Below are positions 29,794 to 39,603 of a DNA stretch of 64,000 bases, in pieces. Each line of letters starts with the position of its first letter. The stretch's first letter is position 1. Made by a program: the position numbers and the translations under genes. The stretch is from Candidatus Latescibacterota bacterium (GTDB lineage Bacteria > Latescibacterota > CBDEFO01). The notes beneath the pieces were generated by a model that worked only from the letters and a program-made list of their open reading frames with translations, did not search any database and was not told where the DNA came from. Location: NCBI GenBank assembly GCA_965237525.1, contig CBDEFO010000008.1, forward strand, positions 1,760,001 to 1,824,000, written 5' to 3'.

Positions 29794-31065
29794 CTAAAAT
29801 ACTCCTAAATTGCCATCAGAGTCAAACGCCATCTCCTTTGCGTCTGTTACCATCTGTAAGTCGTCCCTTCCTTCCATCTGATCCAGGTATGCCTCAGATG
29901 CGTCTACTTCTTTCAACATCAGCGTGTTCTTTACTCTCAGAACCTTAGCATCTTCTGGCTCGATCAGACCGATAGTCGAAAGTGCGGCGTCCAAGACCTC
30001 CCTGTCCGTATCCATGGCAATAGGAACACAGCCCGCCTTGGGATTTACCGCTGTTATGCAGTTTATGTATGTATCCTTGAACTTTATCTTGTCCGTCAAA
30101 CTGCGGGTCGTAAAATCTGCAAAGCCTATCCCTGAGGCGTTCCCCTTGGCTTCGTTTGTCAGCTCTCTTACAAATATCCTTGTAACTTTCGGTCCACCTA
30201 CGTCCTCCAGGGTTAGATTCATAGCCACGTGTTTTCTCCCAATAACGTTGGTGTCCATCCCTGTACCGCTTATGTTCTTTCCCATCTCATCCACGATCAA
30301 GAGATCGACTGGATCAAAGGGGAGTTTAGCAAGCCACTCTTTAGCTTGCTTCAGGAGGACCTTTTCTTCTTCCTCTATATTCTCCAGTTCGACAGCCCTA
30401 ATGACGGCGGTCTGATCGTAGCCATTTTCAAGCGTCGCCATCCCGCAGAGTATCGGGCAGTTTGAGAGCATAAATCTCCCCACAGTCCTTACGATCCTGT
30501 CGAAGGAGAAGTTTACGATCGCTCTATGATAGATCTTTGCTCCTGCGTGCTTCCCCATTCCGATCATCATCATCTTCATCATTCCGCTTTCTATATCACC
30601 CACGAAATCGGTGTGCGGCTTCACCCTGTTGGCGACGACGATGTGGTCGGCTTCCGACGCATATTTGTCCAGATAGATGGGTATGGATATATCCTCCTCC
30701 TCCACCGTCCCGACCTTAATCACCTCCATGGAAGATTTTAGGGGACACCCCATCGTCTCCTCTGAGATCCCGTAGCTCCTTAGGATCTCACTTTGTCCCT
30801 CTGCGGTCCCGCCTCCGTGGCTCCCCATAGCGGGGACGATGAACGGCTCTGCTCCTAAGGACTTAAAGACGTCCACCATAGTCCTTATGATTACGTCCAT
30901 ATTCGCAATTCCTCGACTTCCCGCAGTGATTGCCACGCTCTGCGCCCCTTTCACCTTTGCCCCCATGTTTATGGCCTCCATCTGATTCTTCACCTCTCCT
31001 GCCACATCCTTCACCACAGGAGCGTCAAACCTCTGATTCAATCTGAACATCCTCGGATAGCTCAT
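29794..31065 (-). CDS. LarA-like (lactate racemase domain/DUF362-type) protein
   Basis: AGSRGI, PAMGSHGG, NRVKPHT, IGMGK and GKNISGTGMD. Confidence 0.75.
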   Translation of the reverse strand: MSYPRMFRLNQRFDAPVVKDVAGEVKNQMEAINMGAKVKGAQSVAITAGSRGIANMDVIIRTMVDVFKSLGAEPFIVPAMGSHGGGTAEGQSEILRSYGISEETMGCPLKSSMEVIKVGTVEEEDISIPIYLDKYASEADHIVVANRVKPHTDFVGDIESGMMKMMMIGMGKHAGAKIYHRAIVNFSFDRIVRTVGRFMLSNCPILCGMATLENGYDQTAVIRAVELENIEEEEKVLLKQAKEWLAKLPFDPVDLLIVDEMGKNISGTGMDTNVIGRKHVAMNLTLEDVGGPKVTRIFVRELTNEAKGNASGIGFADFTTRSLTDKIKFKDTYINCITAVNPKAGCVPIAMDTDREVLDAALSTIGLIEPEDAKVLRVKNTLMLKEVDASEAYLDQMEGRDDLQMVTDAKEMAFDSDGNLGVF

Positions 31066-31141
31066 GATTATCCTCCGGTTTCTTTTCCCCGAAAGTGCTT
31101 ACGCTACTTTTCGGGTGCCTAAATAAAATAGGCGTTGTAAT

Positions 31142-31906
31142 CTATCCTGCCGTCCAGCCTCCGTCCACGTAGATTATCTGACCTGTTATAAAATCTGACG
31201 CCTCCGACGCTAAAAACACAAATGCCCCTTTTAAATCCTCAGGGCTTCCCCATCTTTCCATCGGAACTCTTGACATGATGTACTCGTTCCTTTTTCTATC
31301 CTCCCTAATAGGCTTTGTCAGGTCGGTGGCGATAAATCCCGGCGCTATAGCGTTCACATTGATGTTGTATTTCGCCCATTCCACAGCCAAGGTCTTGGTC
31401 AAAATCACCTGGCCGCCCTTGCTGGATCCGTATGCCAGGGTGGTGCGAATTCCGATTGTGGACGTTAGGGACGCCGTATTTATGATCTTGCCCTTTTTCC
31501 TTTTGATCATCTCCCTTCCGGCAAGCTGACAGCATAGAAAGACCCCCTTTAGGTTCACGTCCAGCACCCTGTCCCACTCATCCTCCGGGAAGTCCTCAGC
31601 TGCGATTCGATAGGTTGTCCCCGCGTTGTTGACCAGAATATCTATCTTCCCGAACTGATCGAGGGTGGTCTCTATCAATCTCTCTATGTCCTCTTTTACT
31701 CCCATATCACCCGGAACCGCGACTACCTTTCTGCCCAGACTCCTTATCTGGTCGGCTGTACTTTCCAGTCTGTCTGTGTTCCGGCTATTCAGGGCTATAT
31801 CTGCTCCCGCCTCGGCCAGAGCCATCGCGGCTCCCCTGCCTATTCCCCGGCTCCCGCCCGTAACAACCCCGACTTTCCCCTCTAGGCTCATCTTGTCAAG
31901 TATCAT
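31142..31906 (-). CDS. SDR oxidoreductase, KduD/gluconate 5-dehydrogenase-like
   Basis: TGGSRGIG, NNAG, YGSSK and RWGSPEDLKG. Confidence 0.88.
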   Translation of the reverse strand: MILDKMSLEGKVGVVTGGSRGIGRGAAMALAEAGADIALNSRNTDRLESTADQIRSLGRKVVAVPGDMGVKEDIERLIETTLDQFGKIDILVNNAGTTYRIAAEDFPEDEWDRVLDVNLKGVFLCCQLAGREMIKRKKGKIINTASLTSTIGIRTTLAYGSSKGGQVILTKTLAVEWAKYNINVNAIAPGFIATDLTKPIREDRKRNEYIMSRVPMERWGSPEDLKGAFVFLASEASDFITGQIIYVDGGWTAG

Positions 31907-31942
31907 AAAGTATCCTCCGTCTTTGTCTACGTTGACGCTTAT

Positions 31943-32314
31943 CTATATTCTCAAAGAGATCTCGGCCACCACCATCTGAAAATCCATCTTTTCAGAATCA
32001 GAGGGATTATCAGGGGCATTATGCTTTTGGTAGGGAAAATTGTCAAGGCCTTTGTGATGCGGGGCATCATCCCATCTTGCGATCTGTTTACCATTAGCAT
32101 CCATATATTGGTACCTGTATTTCAATAGTTCTACGGATGGTTCAGTCTTGACATATTCTGCAATCCGGAACTCGGAGCTATCTGAGAATGTAACTGTCGC
32201 TTTGATATAACACTCAAACTCATCAATTTGCTCAAAGTTCAAAACAAATGAGGTTACAAAAGGACTCCTGTTGATTCCCCTTTGAATCTCATCGCAATAT
32301 TCACGGACGTTCAT
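31943..32314 (-). CDS. DUF6516/TumE-like putative toxin
   Basis: KYRYQY...IARWDDAPHH...FP..KH motif. Confidence 0.65.
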   Translation of the reverse strand: MNVREYCDEIQRGINRSPFVTSFVLNFEQIDEFECYIKATVTFSDSSEFRIAEYVKTEPSVELLKYRYQYMDANGKQIARWDDAPHHKGLDNFPYQKHNAPDNPSDSEKMDFQMVVAEISLRI

Positions 32315-32610
32315 ACAGAGACACCGACAAGAACGTTATATTTTTTGATCCACTTATCGTGTCCTCTTTTTACGGCGAACCAATCGAAGAAATCCTGATC
32401 GTCTCCCAACTCACCACCTTCGAACTTTTCTATAAATATCTCTGAAGTCATTTGGTACTTATCCTCAAATTCGGCGCATGCGTTCCTGAAATATTCGCGC
32501 CGATACTTGGCTACATTCTTTTCCCGTTCAAGTGCTGAACTTATCACATCCTTAACTTCGACATCAGTATAGTCCGATTTAACGTTAAGATTTATCTTCA
32601 TAGGAATCAC
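32311..32610 (-). CDS. Putative antitoxin (TumA-like)
   Basis: FEDKYQMTSEIF..KF..GELGD..DFFDW motif; 4-bp overlap with the partner gene. Confidence 0.65.
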   Translation of the reverse strand: MIPMKINLNVKSDYTDVEVKDVISSALEREKNVAKYRREYFRNACAEFEDKYQMTSEIFIEKFEGGELGDDQDFFDWFAVKRGHDKWIKKYNVLVGVSV

Positions 32611-33721
32611 TCCTTACACTATTAGCCCATTTTCTCATATATTCAATCCCTGCTCTTATCTGGTCCTGGTTCACTTTATCCGTCACAATCACTTTTCCAA
32701 TCCTTTGGGGGAGCACAAATCTTATCACGCCTTCTTTTACCTTTTTATCGGATTTCATCCTATCCAAAATATCGCTCGTAGATATATTCTCAATTCCCTT
32801 CGGGACCCCTACTCTTGACAATAGGCTGTTTTGACGCTCAAGGTCATCTCTCTTGAACAGACCCAATCTTTCTGCGATACTTCCCGCTGCGACCATGCCC
32901 AAAATCACTGCCTCGCCGTGCCTGTACACGCTGTAATGTCCCGCAGCCTCGATAGCGTGCCCGACCGTATGCCCGTAGTTCAAAGTTGCCCTCAAATCTC
33001 CCTCTTCTTTTTCATCTCCACTCACAATATGCGCTTTTATGCGGCAGTTCCTGGCAATTAGGTCGTCCATCTGATCTGCTGAGACCTTCAGTTCCAGTAT
33101 ATCCTCTAAATTATCCTCCAAAAATGAAAAGAGTCCCTCGTCGGCGATCAAGCCGTGCTTTATGACCTCCGCTATGCCTGATCTTATCTCCTCTTGGGGG
33201 AGCGACCTTAGAAGGTCAGTGTCCACAAGCACGAAGCGAGGCTGATGAAACGCCCCGATCAGATTCTTCCCTAACTTATGATCTACGGCAACCTTGCCCC
33301 CTATACTGGCATCCACCTGGGCCACGATAGAGGTCGGGACCTGAACTAAGTCTATGCCCCTCAGGAACGTAGCTGCCACAAATCCCGCTATATCTCCTAC
33401 GACGCCTCCTCCTAACGCCACTATCGCCGAACTTCTGTCGAGCCTGTTTTCTATCAGCTTTTCGTAGATGACATCCGCCGTCTCCAGATTCTTGTGCTCC
33501 TCGCCGTCCGGTATCACCACATCCACAACCTCTAAATCCGCTCTCTGGAGGCTGCGAGATGCGAGATCCAAGTACGAATCTGCAACAGACCTGCTGGAAA
33601 TTACCGCTGCCTTTCTCCCAAGTTCGTGCTTTTTATAGTATACCCCCAATTCTCCCAGTATCCCATGCCCTATGTATATAGGATAGCTCCTGTCACCTAA
33701 ATTTACAACTATCTTTTCCAC
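32585..33721 (-). CDS. aroB: 3-dehydroquinate synthase
   Basis: GGGVVGD, DASIGGK, KNLIGAF and LNYGHTVGHA. Confidence 0.96.
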   Translation of the reverse strand: MEKIVVNLGDRSYPIYIGHGILGELGVYYKKHELGRKAAVISSRSVADSYLDLASRSLQRADLEVVDVVIPDGEEHKNLETADVIYEKLIENRLDRSSAIVALGGGVVGDIAGFVAATFLRGIDLVQVPTSIVAQVDASIGGKVAVDHKLGKNLIGAFHQPRFVLVDTDLLRSLPQEEIRSGIAEVIKHGLIADEGLFSFLEDNLEDILELKVSADQMDDLIARNCRIKAHIVSGDEKEEGDLRATLNYGHTVGHAIEAAGHYSVYRHGEAVILGMVAAGSIAERLGLFKRDDLERQNSLLSRVGVPKGIENISTSDILDRMKSDKKVKEGVIRFVLPQRIGKVIVTDKVNQDQIRAGIEYMRKWANSVRSDSYEDKS

Positions 33722-33755
33722 CCTGTCTCTTATATCCTTTCTACAACCTATGTTC

Positions 33756-34718
33756 TCACTTATCTCTCAACAGCGCGCGCTCCACAAAGTGCGAGACAAG
33801 AGCCTCTAGGGAAACGCCGACGGCTCGGGCTGCATCTGGATAAAGGCTGGTCGGCGTCATGCCCGGCAACGTGTTGATCTCAATGACTATAGGCTCTCCT
33901 TCTTCTGGAACGATGAAATCCACCCTCGATAGATCCCTGCAACAGAGCACTTCATGTGCCAGTTCGGCGATTTCCTGAGTGAGGCGATACTGCACCTCCG
34001 GAAGCGGAGCAGGGATGATGTGTTCGCACAGGCCCGGCGTGTAGCGATGTTCATAGTCATACCACGAGCCTGAAGGTGTTCGAATCTCAATTACCGGCAA
34101 TGCTTCTATCACATCTCGTTCGAGAATTCCCACAGTTATCTCACGACCCTCGATGCGTTTCTCAACAAGGACCCTCTCGTCGTAGGAAAAAGCAGCATCT
34201 ATCGCCCCTTCAAGATCTGTCAGGTCCTCTCCAAATAGAATTCCAAGAGCAGAACCCTGACTGGAGGGTTTGACCACCACATCAGATCCCAGCGAATCGA
34301 GGACGCGCTCTGCTGCACAAGAAGCACCCTCGCTCCGGTGGACGACAATATCCTTTGCCACGGGCAGTCCATTGGCTCGAAAGATCTGTTTGGAAACTAT
34401 CTTGTCCATTCCGCAGGCGCTGGCCAGTACACCGCTGCCGACGTACGGGATGCCCAAAATTTCAAGAAATCCCTGAAATGTGCCATCCTCACCCGGGGGG
34501 CCATGGAAAGCAGGAAACACTACATCAACTTGTGCATCTATAAGTGCTTCTACAATCTTGTCATCGTGTTCAAGGATAGTCACATTTTTATAAGTGGCAC
34601 GAAGGGCATCGGCGATGCATCCTCCCGTGACTCGGGATACCTCCGCTTCAGGCGATGGTCCGCCGCATACGACAGCGATAGATGGCTTCTCTTTTCGGAG
34701 CATGTCATAACCTTTCAT
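33756..34718 (-). CDS. ddl: D-alanine--D-alanine ligase
   Basis: GGPSPEAEVS, HGPPGEDG, YDYEHRY and EINTLPG. Confidence 0.92.
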   Translation of the reverse strand: MKGYDMLRKEKPSIAVVCGGPSPEAEVSRVTGGCIADALRATYKNVTILEHDDKIVEALIDAQVDVVFPAFHGPPGEDGTFQGFLEILGIPYVGSGVLASACGMDKIVSKQIFRANGLPVAKDIVVHRSEGASCAAERVLDSLGSDVVVKPSSQGSALGILFGEDLTDLEGAIDAAFSYDERVLVEKRIEGREITVGILERDVIEALPVIEIRTPSGSWYDYEHRYTPGLCEHIIPAPLPEVQYRLTQEIAELAHEVLCCRDLSRVDFIVPEEGEPIVIEINTLPGMTPTSLYPDAARAVGVSLEALVSHFVERALLRDK

Positions 34719-34757
34719 TTATAGACGAAAGGAAAGGTTCTGTTGGTTTTTAATTTC

Positions 34758-34839
34758 GGCTAACGTTTCTGGCGTGCGCGAACCGCGAAACGGTTGGGCG
34801 AAGGCGCGTATGCGCCGTAGCGTAAACACGATGTTAGCG
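34758..34839 (-). other. attC-like integron cassette site downstream of the aadK-like gene
   Basis: Minus strand (TC)CGCTAAC...imperfect palindrome...GTTAGCC; the R'' end TCCGCTAAC is the exact complement of GTTAGCGGA at the cassette start (37404-37396). Confidence 0.75.
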
Positions 34840-35555
34840 GATGTCGCATGTGGTTCTCTTCGAGCAATTCTGTGTAAGAGATTTCACCCAGGCTGCGCAG
34901 CCTCAAGGTCTCTGATCTCAGTCAGAAACTGTGTGACGTTGCGCTCAAGTTCAAAAGGGTAGGAGTAACCCAAATGATCCCCAACATCGGACGCCAATCT
35001 CCCGAATATTTCGGCTGTCTTGAACATAGCTTTCCAGTTCTCTTCTAGGTCAGCTCCCGCGAAAGTTGCCTCGATTTCCGACCAAATTTGGGGGTCTAGG
35101 TGTTTCTTAAACCATCTGCCATTAGCACCCGGATTGTTCTTCCAGTTCTTCTGCATACCGATGTACCAGGCAATTGCCGATTTCAGATAATGGTGATGCA
35201 GGCCGCCGTCAAGCATGTACTTGGCGAAGAACAACTCGTCTCGGAACAGACACTTCGTGACGTAGGTTATATTCCACCAAAAGTGGTGAACAAGCTCCTC
35301 GTATTCCGACTCAGTTGGCTGCTTTGTCCAATACTCAGAGTAGGTCGGCGGGATTGTGCGCTGAATTAGGCCATCCTTGTCGAGTAGGATTTCGTACCCC
35401 ATGTCGTTGGCATAGCCTCCATCTGTTTTCATATCTTGCTCCAAGACCTCCAACAACAAGACATTGAAGTCCACTCTTGGGGCGTTTTTGAAGATTACCA
35501 TACAGCAGCCTGATCCATCGTCCCAGAATTTTGGTTTATAGGGTTCGCGTACTAA

Positions 35556-37074
35556 AAGCCTTGTGAAAAACCCTTAGATTCAGAAAGTAGTATAGAACAA
35601 GCATTGATAAAGCAGCTCCGATGTATTATATTATGTTATTGATAATATTATACATGGAGGAAACAATGACCCCACAAAAGCAGGAACAGACAAATCCGAT
35701 GTTTCACTATTTTCAGATGGAGGATTTAGTTCCCGAGGATCATATCCTTCGTCAGATTGATGAGGCAGTTGATTTTTCATTTGTACGAGACGTTGTATCA
35801 GATTGTTATTGCCCTGACAATGGCAGACCCGGTATTGATCCTGAATTAGTTGTTCGAATGATCCTTATTGGCTATCTGTATAATTTGAGTGAGAATCGGC
35901 TCTGTCAGGAAGTGGGGATGCATGCGGCATATCGGTTGTTTTGTCATCAGACATTTGATGATGCGGTTCCGGATAGGAGCACGATCAACAAGCTTCGCAA
36001 TCACAAGTGGGCATCCAGTGGGTTGTTTGAACGGATAATGCGTCAGGTAGTCCAGTGTTGCATAGATGTCGGTCTTGTGAGCGGTAAACACCTTAGTGTC
36101 GACGGCACTCAGATACAAGCTGATGCTTCAGTGAAAAGTATTGAGCCGATAGAACCCCCTGTTTCTCTTGATGATTATCTCAAGGGAATCGGTTTTGAAG
36201 GTGATAAGACAAAGGGTAGGTCCGGGCATCCTCAGGATAAAGACTTTCATGGTGAAAAGTGGACGAACCAAACACACCGTTCGACTACAGACCCCGACGC
36301 GCGCTTATACAGCAAATCGAAGGGCAAAGGGGCTTTTCTCTCGTTTATGGGCCATGATCTGATCGACACAAAAAGCAGAGTAATCCTTGAGACTCAGGGC
36401 ACGCAGGCGACAGGGACAGCAGAGCCCGAAAGTGCCCTTAAGATGGTAGATGACCTTGAAACATACACCATGCCCAAAGACATTCAGACACTTAGTGCCG
36501 ATACCGGTTACGGTTCTGGTAATTTTATCGCTGATGTACTTGACCGGGGAATCATACCCCATATTCCTCTGCGAGCCGATGAGAAGATTGAACCGATTCC
36601 TACATGGAAAAACAAGACAAATCCAGCACATATTCAGGCCGAACGGGATAGAAAAGTGCGAGAGGCGAAAGCCAGAAATCATGCACGGTCTATCTCATTA
36701 ACAGCTGACTACAAACTCTCCCGGAGACTCCGTAAACGCAGTGAACATATCTTTGCTGAAGCCAGGCAACAACACGGTATGGGACGAGCCCGTTATAGAG
36801 GACCAGCCTCACTGAATGAACAGTTGAATCTTGTTGCAACAGTACAGAATCTCAAGAGGCTTGTATCTTTCATAAGAAGGGGGAAAGCGTCTATGTGTGC
36901 CCTGTCTGTCAAAGACAGTGCATCCTGTTCTTCAAACAGCTCCTGTTCCTTGCTGACCAGAACTCTGATAAGACTATTTTGCTTATTCCACAGCAAAACG
37001 ATACGATATGCTACTCTTTGACCCATAATCGGCGCTTCAGACGCTGCCTGGGACATAACTATTTCACAAGGCTT
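35556..37074 (+). mobile_element. IS1182-family insertion sequence, copy 2
   Basis: Same 13-bp TIRs; perfect 4-bp target duplication CTAA (35552-35555, 37075-37078). Confidence 0.95.
35666..37021 (+). CDS. IS1182-family DDE transposase (protein identical to copy 1)
   Basis: Identical translation in the ORF track; ATG 35666 behind GGAGG. Confidence 0.9.
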   Translation: MTPQKQEQTNPMFHYFQMEDLVPEDHILRQIDEAVDFSFVRDVVSDCYCPDNGRPGIDPELVVRMILIGYLYNLSENRLCQEVGMHAAYRLFCHQTFDDAVPDRSTINKLRNHKWASSGLFERIMRQVVQCCIDVGLVSGKHLSVDGTQIQADASVKSIEPIEPPVSLDDYLKGIGFEGDKTKGRSGHPQDKDFHGEKWTNQTHRSTTDPDARLYSKSKGKGAFLSFMGHDLIDTKSRVILETQGTQATGTAEPESALKMVDDLETYTMPKDIQTLSADTGYGSGNFIADVLDRGIIPHIPLRADEKIEPIPTWKNKTNPAHIQAERDRKVREAKARNHARSISLTADYKLSRRLRKRSEHIFAEARQQHGMGRARYRGPASLNEQLNLVATVQNLKRLVSFIRRGKASMCALSVKDSASCSSNSSCSLLTRTLIRLFCLFHSKTIRYATL

Positions 37075-37395
37075 CTAAGACCTCTCCAAACGTCTCCGGC
37101 CACTTGTCTTCTTCCGGGAAGGGCTGCATATCCCTGACATATAGAGTGATGTCGTAGTCTGACAATACGTCAATCTGACCGTGGGGATTGGCCCGAGTAC
37201 TGGTAAGAAGTACTACTCGAACGTTTTCAGCCTTCTTGGCCCAGTCGGTTACTTCTTTCGCCATATCTCTTGTTTCGAGCATGAAAACCTCCTCAAGCCA
37301 AAGAGTATATTCGGGGGCGTACCTCAACCGATTGAAATGGCCGTGGCGATTCGGAAAAATCCGTAACGCTTCTTCAAGAAATGACGGGAGCAATT

Positions 37396-37465
37396 TCCGC
37401 TAACTTGTTTATATCCGAGCTATTTCGCATATCTTTCCATTTCGGTGCGCTATCCGAAGATCCCT
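37396..37465 (-). other. attI-like cassette entry site; related copy at 41278-41355
   Basis: ...CACCGAAATGGAAAGATATGCGAAATAGCTCGGATATAAACAAG|TTAGCGGA; no inverse core upstream; homologous segment follows intact aroK. Confidence 0.5.
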
Positions 37466-37499
37466 CCGCGCCCAAGACCAACATTGCTTTGTTTTTCCT

Positions 37500-37781
37500 T
37501 CATCTTTCACTTCCTTGCTTTTCAAATAAACTATCAATAATCTCTTCCGCTATCCTTTCCGGTGGAGTTTGGTTATTCGATTCCACAATAATATCCGCTG
37601 TCCTGTAGAACATCTCTCTTTCTCCAAGCATTTGCTTTATCTTATCTAACGTTCCCTTGTTGTCCACTCCTGCAATCACGGGGTGATTGTCGTAGTCTTT
37701 TATCGTCTCCAGCATTGTTTCAGGCGAAGGTCCGCCGCATACGACAGCGATAGATGGTTTCTCTTTTTGGGGCATGTACAA
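37500..37781 (-). pseudogene. Chimeric ORF: ddl 5' end fused to a diverged aroK 3' half
   Basis: 37719-37757 matches ddl 34647-34685 at 38/39 nt; the remainder aligns with the AroK C-terminus. Confidence 0.8.
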
Positions 37782-37829
37782 ACTTTCATTTATGCAAGAA
37801 AGGGAAGGTTCTATTTGGGATGCAATTTC

Positions 37830-37915
37830 GGTTCACGTTTCGCGCGTTTGCGAACCTGCACAGCAGGTTGGGGCGAAGCACCCGAAGGCGCGAAGCTGTA
37901 AGCTTGCTGTTAGCC
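37830..37915 (-). other. attC-like site downstream of the DUF4268 gene
   Basis: Minus strand CGGCTAAC...GC-rich palindrome...GTGAACCG (degenerate core). Confidence 0.65.
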
Positions 37916-37942
37916 GAAGTTTCTACGAAACTCAAACACATG

Positions 37943-38878
37943 TCAAACATTTAATCTTCTAATGTGGTTTACGAGAGCTTTATCCAACTTTATCATACGA
38001 TCAATCATCTTATCGTGAAGATCGTCCCACCTGTCTTCAGCCATAAGTCCTCCCTCAGTACATTTCCACCTAATGCAGCATGACCGTCTATCTTCGCATT
38101 CCCAGTCCAAACTTTCTCCGAAGTCAGTTTCAATCTCTTCCTTCTTAGCGTGAAGTGTGTCAAATATGCGCCTGTTAATCTCCTGCGAGTCCTTCCCTCT
38201 ATCAATATAAAGATGTGCTGAGACCGAGTTGTTAGCTACTGAGTAGCAGTATGTCAATCCTGCTATTCCTGCTCCTGTTCCAATCCAAGACCGCTTACTC
38301 GGTGATATGTTGGTATGTAGTTCAGTTTTCTCTTTGCTCTTTGTCAACAGTCGTGTCCAGAACTCCACTTGGTTCTTATGTCTTTCAGCATGTTCTTTCT
38401 TCTCCTCACCACTCTCTTTGGTTACTTCACTTGGAGCACAAATAACAGAGAACAGGGGCGCAGGTGGAGATTCACCAATACGGATACCCTCAACCTTCAC
38501 AAGGTAGAAGGACACATCTGCAGGTGTAAACTCGTTTAACCACATCACAGTTTTGACATGTTCCGGACGTGGGTCACTACAAATCCAAATAGCGGTCTTA
38601 GCATCAAGGTTTGCAAGATATGTAAGGACTTTACCAAGGTGGTCATGATCGGTCTTCTCTAACTGGCATTCTATGATTACCTGGTTGCCCTCATTGTCTT
38701 CAGCTAATAGATCGGCAGCAAAAGTACCAGTTCTTTTTTGACGCTCAATAGGGGAAAGTGACAAATCTAAAGAACCGTTGAGGATCTCTATGTTTTCCTC
38801 AAGCCAACCAGTGAAGTCCCTTGCTTCGTTCTTCCATATCTCCCTAAGCGAAACCTTTTCAAGTTTGCCAATATTCAT
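37943..38878 (-). CDS. DUF4268-domain protein with N-terminal nuclease-like domain
   Basis: LREIWKNEARDFT.WL, ADLLA..VIIECQL..TDHDHLGK and KEEIETDFGESLDW. Confidence 0.8.
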   Translation of the reverse strand: MNIGKLEKVSLREIWKNEARDFTGWLEENIEILNGSLDLSLSPIERQKRTGTFAADLLAEDNEGNQVIIECQLEKTDHDHLGKVLTYLANLDAKTAIWICSDPRPEHVKTVMWLNEFTPADVSFYLVKVEGIRIGESPPAPLFSVICAPSEVTKESGEEKKEHAERHKNQVEFWTRLLTKSKEKTELHTNISPSKRSWIGTGAGIAGLTYCYSVANNSVSAHLYIDRGKDSQEINRRIFDTLHAKKEEIETDFGESLDWECEDRRSCCIRWKCTEGGLMAEDRWDDLHDKMIDRMIKLDKALVNHIRRLNV

Positions 38879-38885
38879 ATTTCAG

Positions 38886-39095
38886 TCCCCGACAATATCT
38901 GCTGTCCTGTAGAACTTCTCTCTTTCTTGGAGGATACGCCTTATCTTATCTAATTTTCCTCTGTCGTCCAATCTTGAGAGCAGAGGGCGATTGTCGTCGT
39001 CTTTTATCTCGAAGGGCAAAGGGGCTTTTCTCTCGTTTATCCAGCATTGTCTCGAGTGAAGAAAACATGTAGACTCACACAATCGTGTTGCGCCG
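38886..39095 (-). pseudogene. Second diverged aroK fragment, carrying a 32-bp foreign patch
   Basis: V*VYMFSSLETML[patch]IKDDDNRPLL...REKFYRTADIV aligns with Aro[14 protein letters not shown]...RPLL...[11 protein letters not shown]. Confidence 0.8.
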
Positions 39096-39104
39096 TTACT
39101 CTAT

Positions 39105-39560
39105 CTATAATCTTCCCTCTTCAAGGTCATATACGTCAAACCAGACGTAAACCGGTCGGTGTTTTGGGATATGCTCCTGGATGTATGTCTCCAAATAGTC
39201 CTGGGCTTCGTCTGACATCTCACTGAGCCGCATGTCCCGCATCTTATTGTTCCAACGGATAATCTCCATCCTGTCTTTGACTTTCGATTTGGCGTTGACC
39301 CATTCGGCAACTTCTTCGTCTGTGGTTCCCGTAGCCACGAATTCTTTCAATTCCTCATGATCTATCCCTGTAAAAGGCTCAAACTGGCTGCACAGTGAAC
39401 AGGGCCAGAAATTATACTCGCCATTGATCCCCAGAAGGAACGCTCGGCACTTATCCACACAACGTGCCAAAATCACATAGCCTCCCAATATTTCGCGGGG
39501 GCTTCTCGGATATCCCTTCCTCAAATCCTTGGCCATCAGTTTAAGTTTATCCTTATTCAT
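39105..39560 (-). CDS. DUF5069-family protein
   Basis: DL...YPRSPRE.LGGY..LAR..DKCRA...GEY and FDVYDLEEGR. Confidence 0.8.
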   Translation of the reverse strand: MNKDKLKLMAKDLRKGYPRSPREILGGYVILARCVDKCRAFLLGINGEYNFWPCSLCSQFEPFTGIDHEELKEFVATGTTDEEVAEWVNAKSKVKDRMEIIRWNNKMRDMRLSEMSDEAQDYLETYIQEHIPKHRPVYVWFDVYDLEEGRL

Positions 39561-39603
39561 GACTTGCCATTCCTTCCATATTCGTTAGTTGAGAAGGAAA
39601 CTA

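Larger units (their letters stand above)
34884..37282 (-). pseudogene. Aminoglycoside 6-adenylyltransferase (AadK/Ant6)-family gene interrupted by IS copy 2
   Basis: N part (LTSTRANP..D.LSDYD) 37075-37282 and C part (LLDKDG, FWWNITYVTK..R.EL) 34884-35555 join in frame (..GEVLVREPYK..) when the IS and one CTAA are removed. Confidence 0.88.

Noticed and set aside
33756..34718. Van-type D-Ala-D-Lac ligase
   Set aside because: The omega loop YDYEHRY keeps the terminal Tyr typical of D-Ala-D-Ala ligases, and no van genes are adjacent
9764..37074. Composite transposon bounded by the two IS copies
   Set aside because: Copy 2 has its own target duplication inside aadK, and each copy interrupts a locally continuous locus
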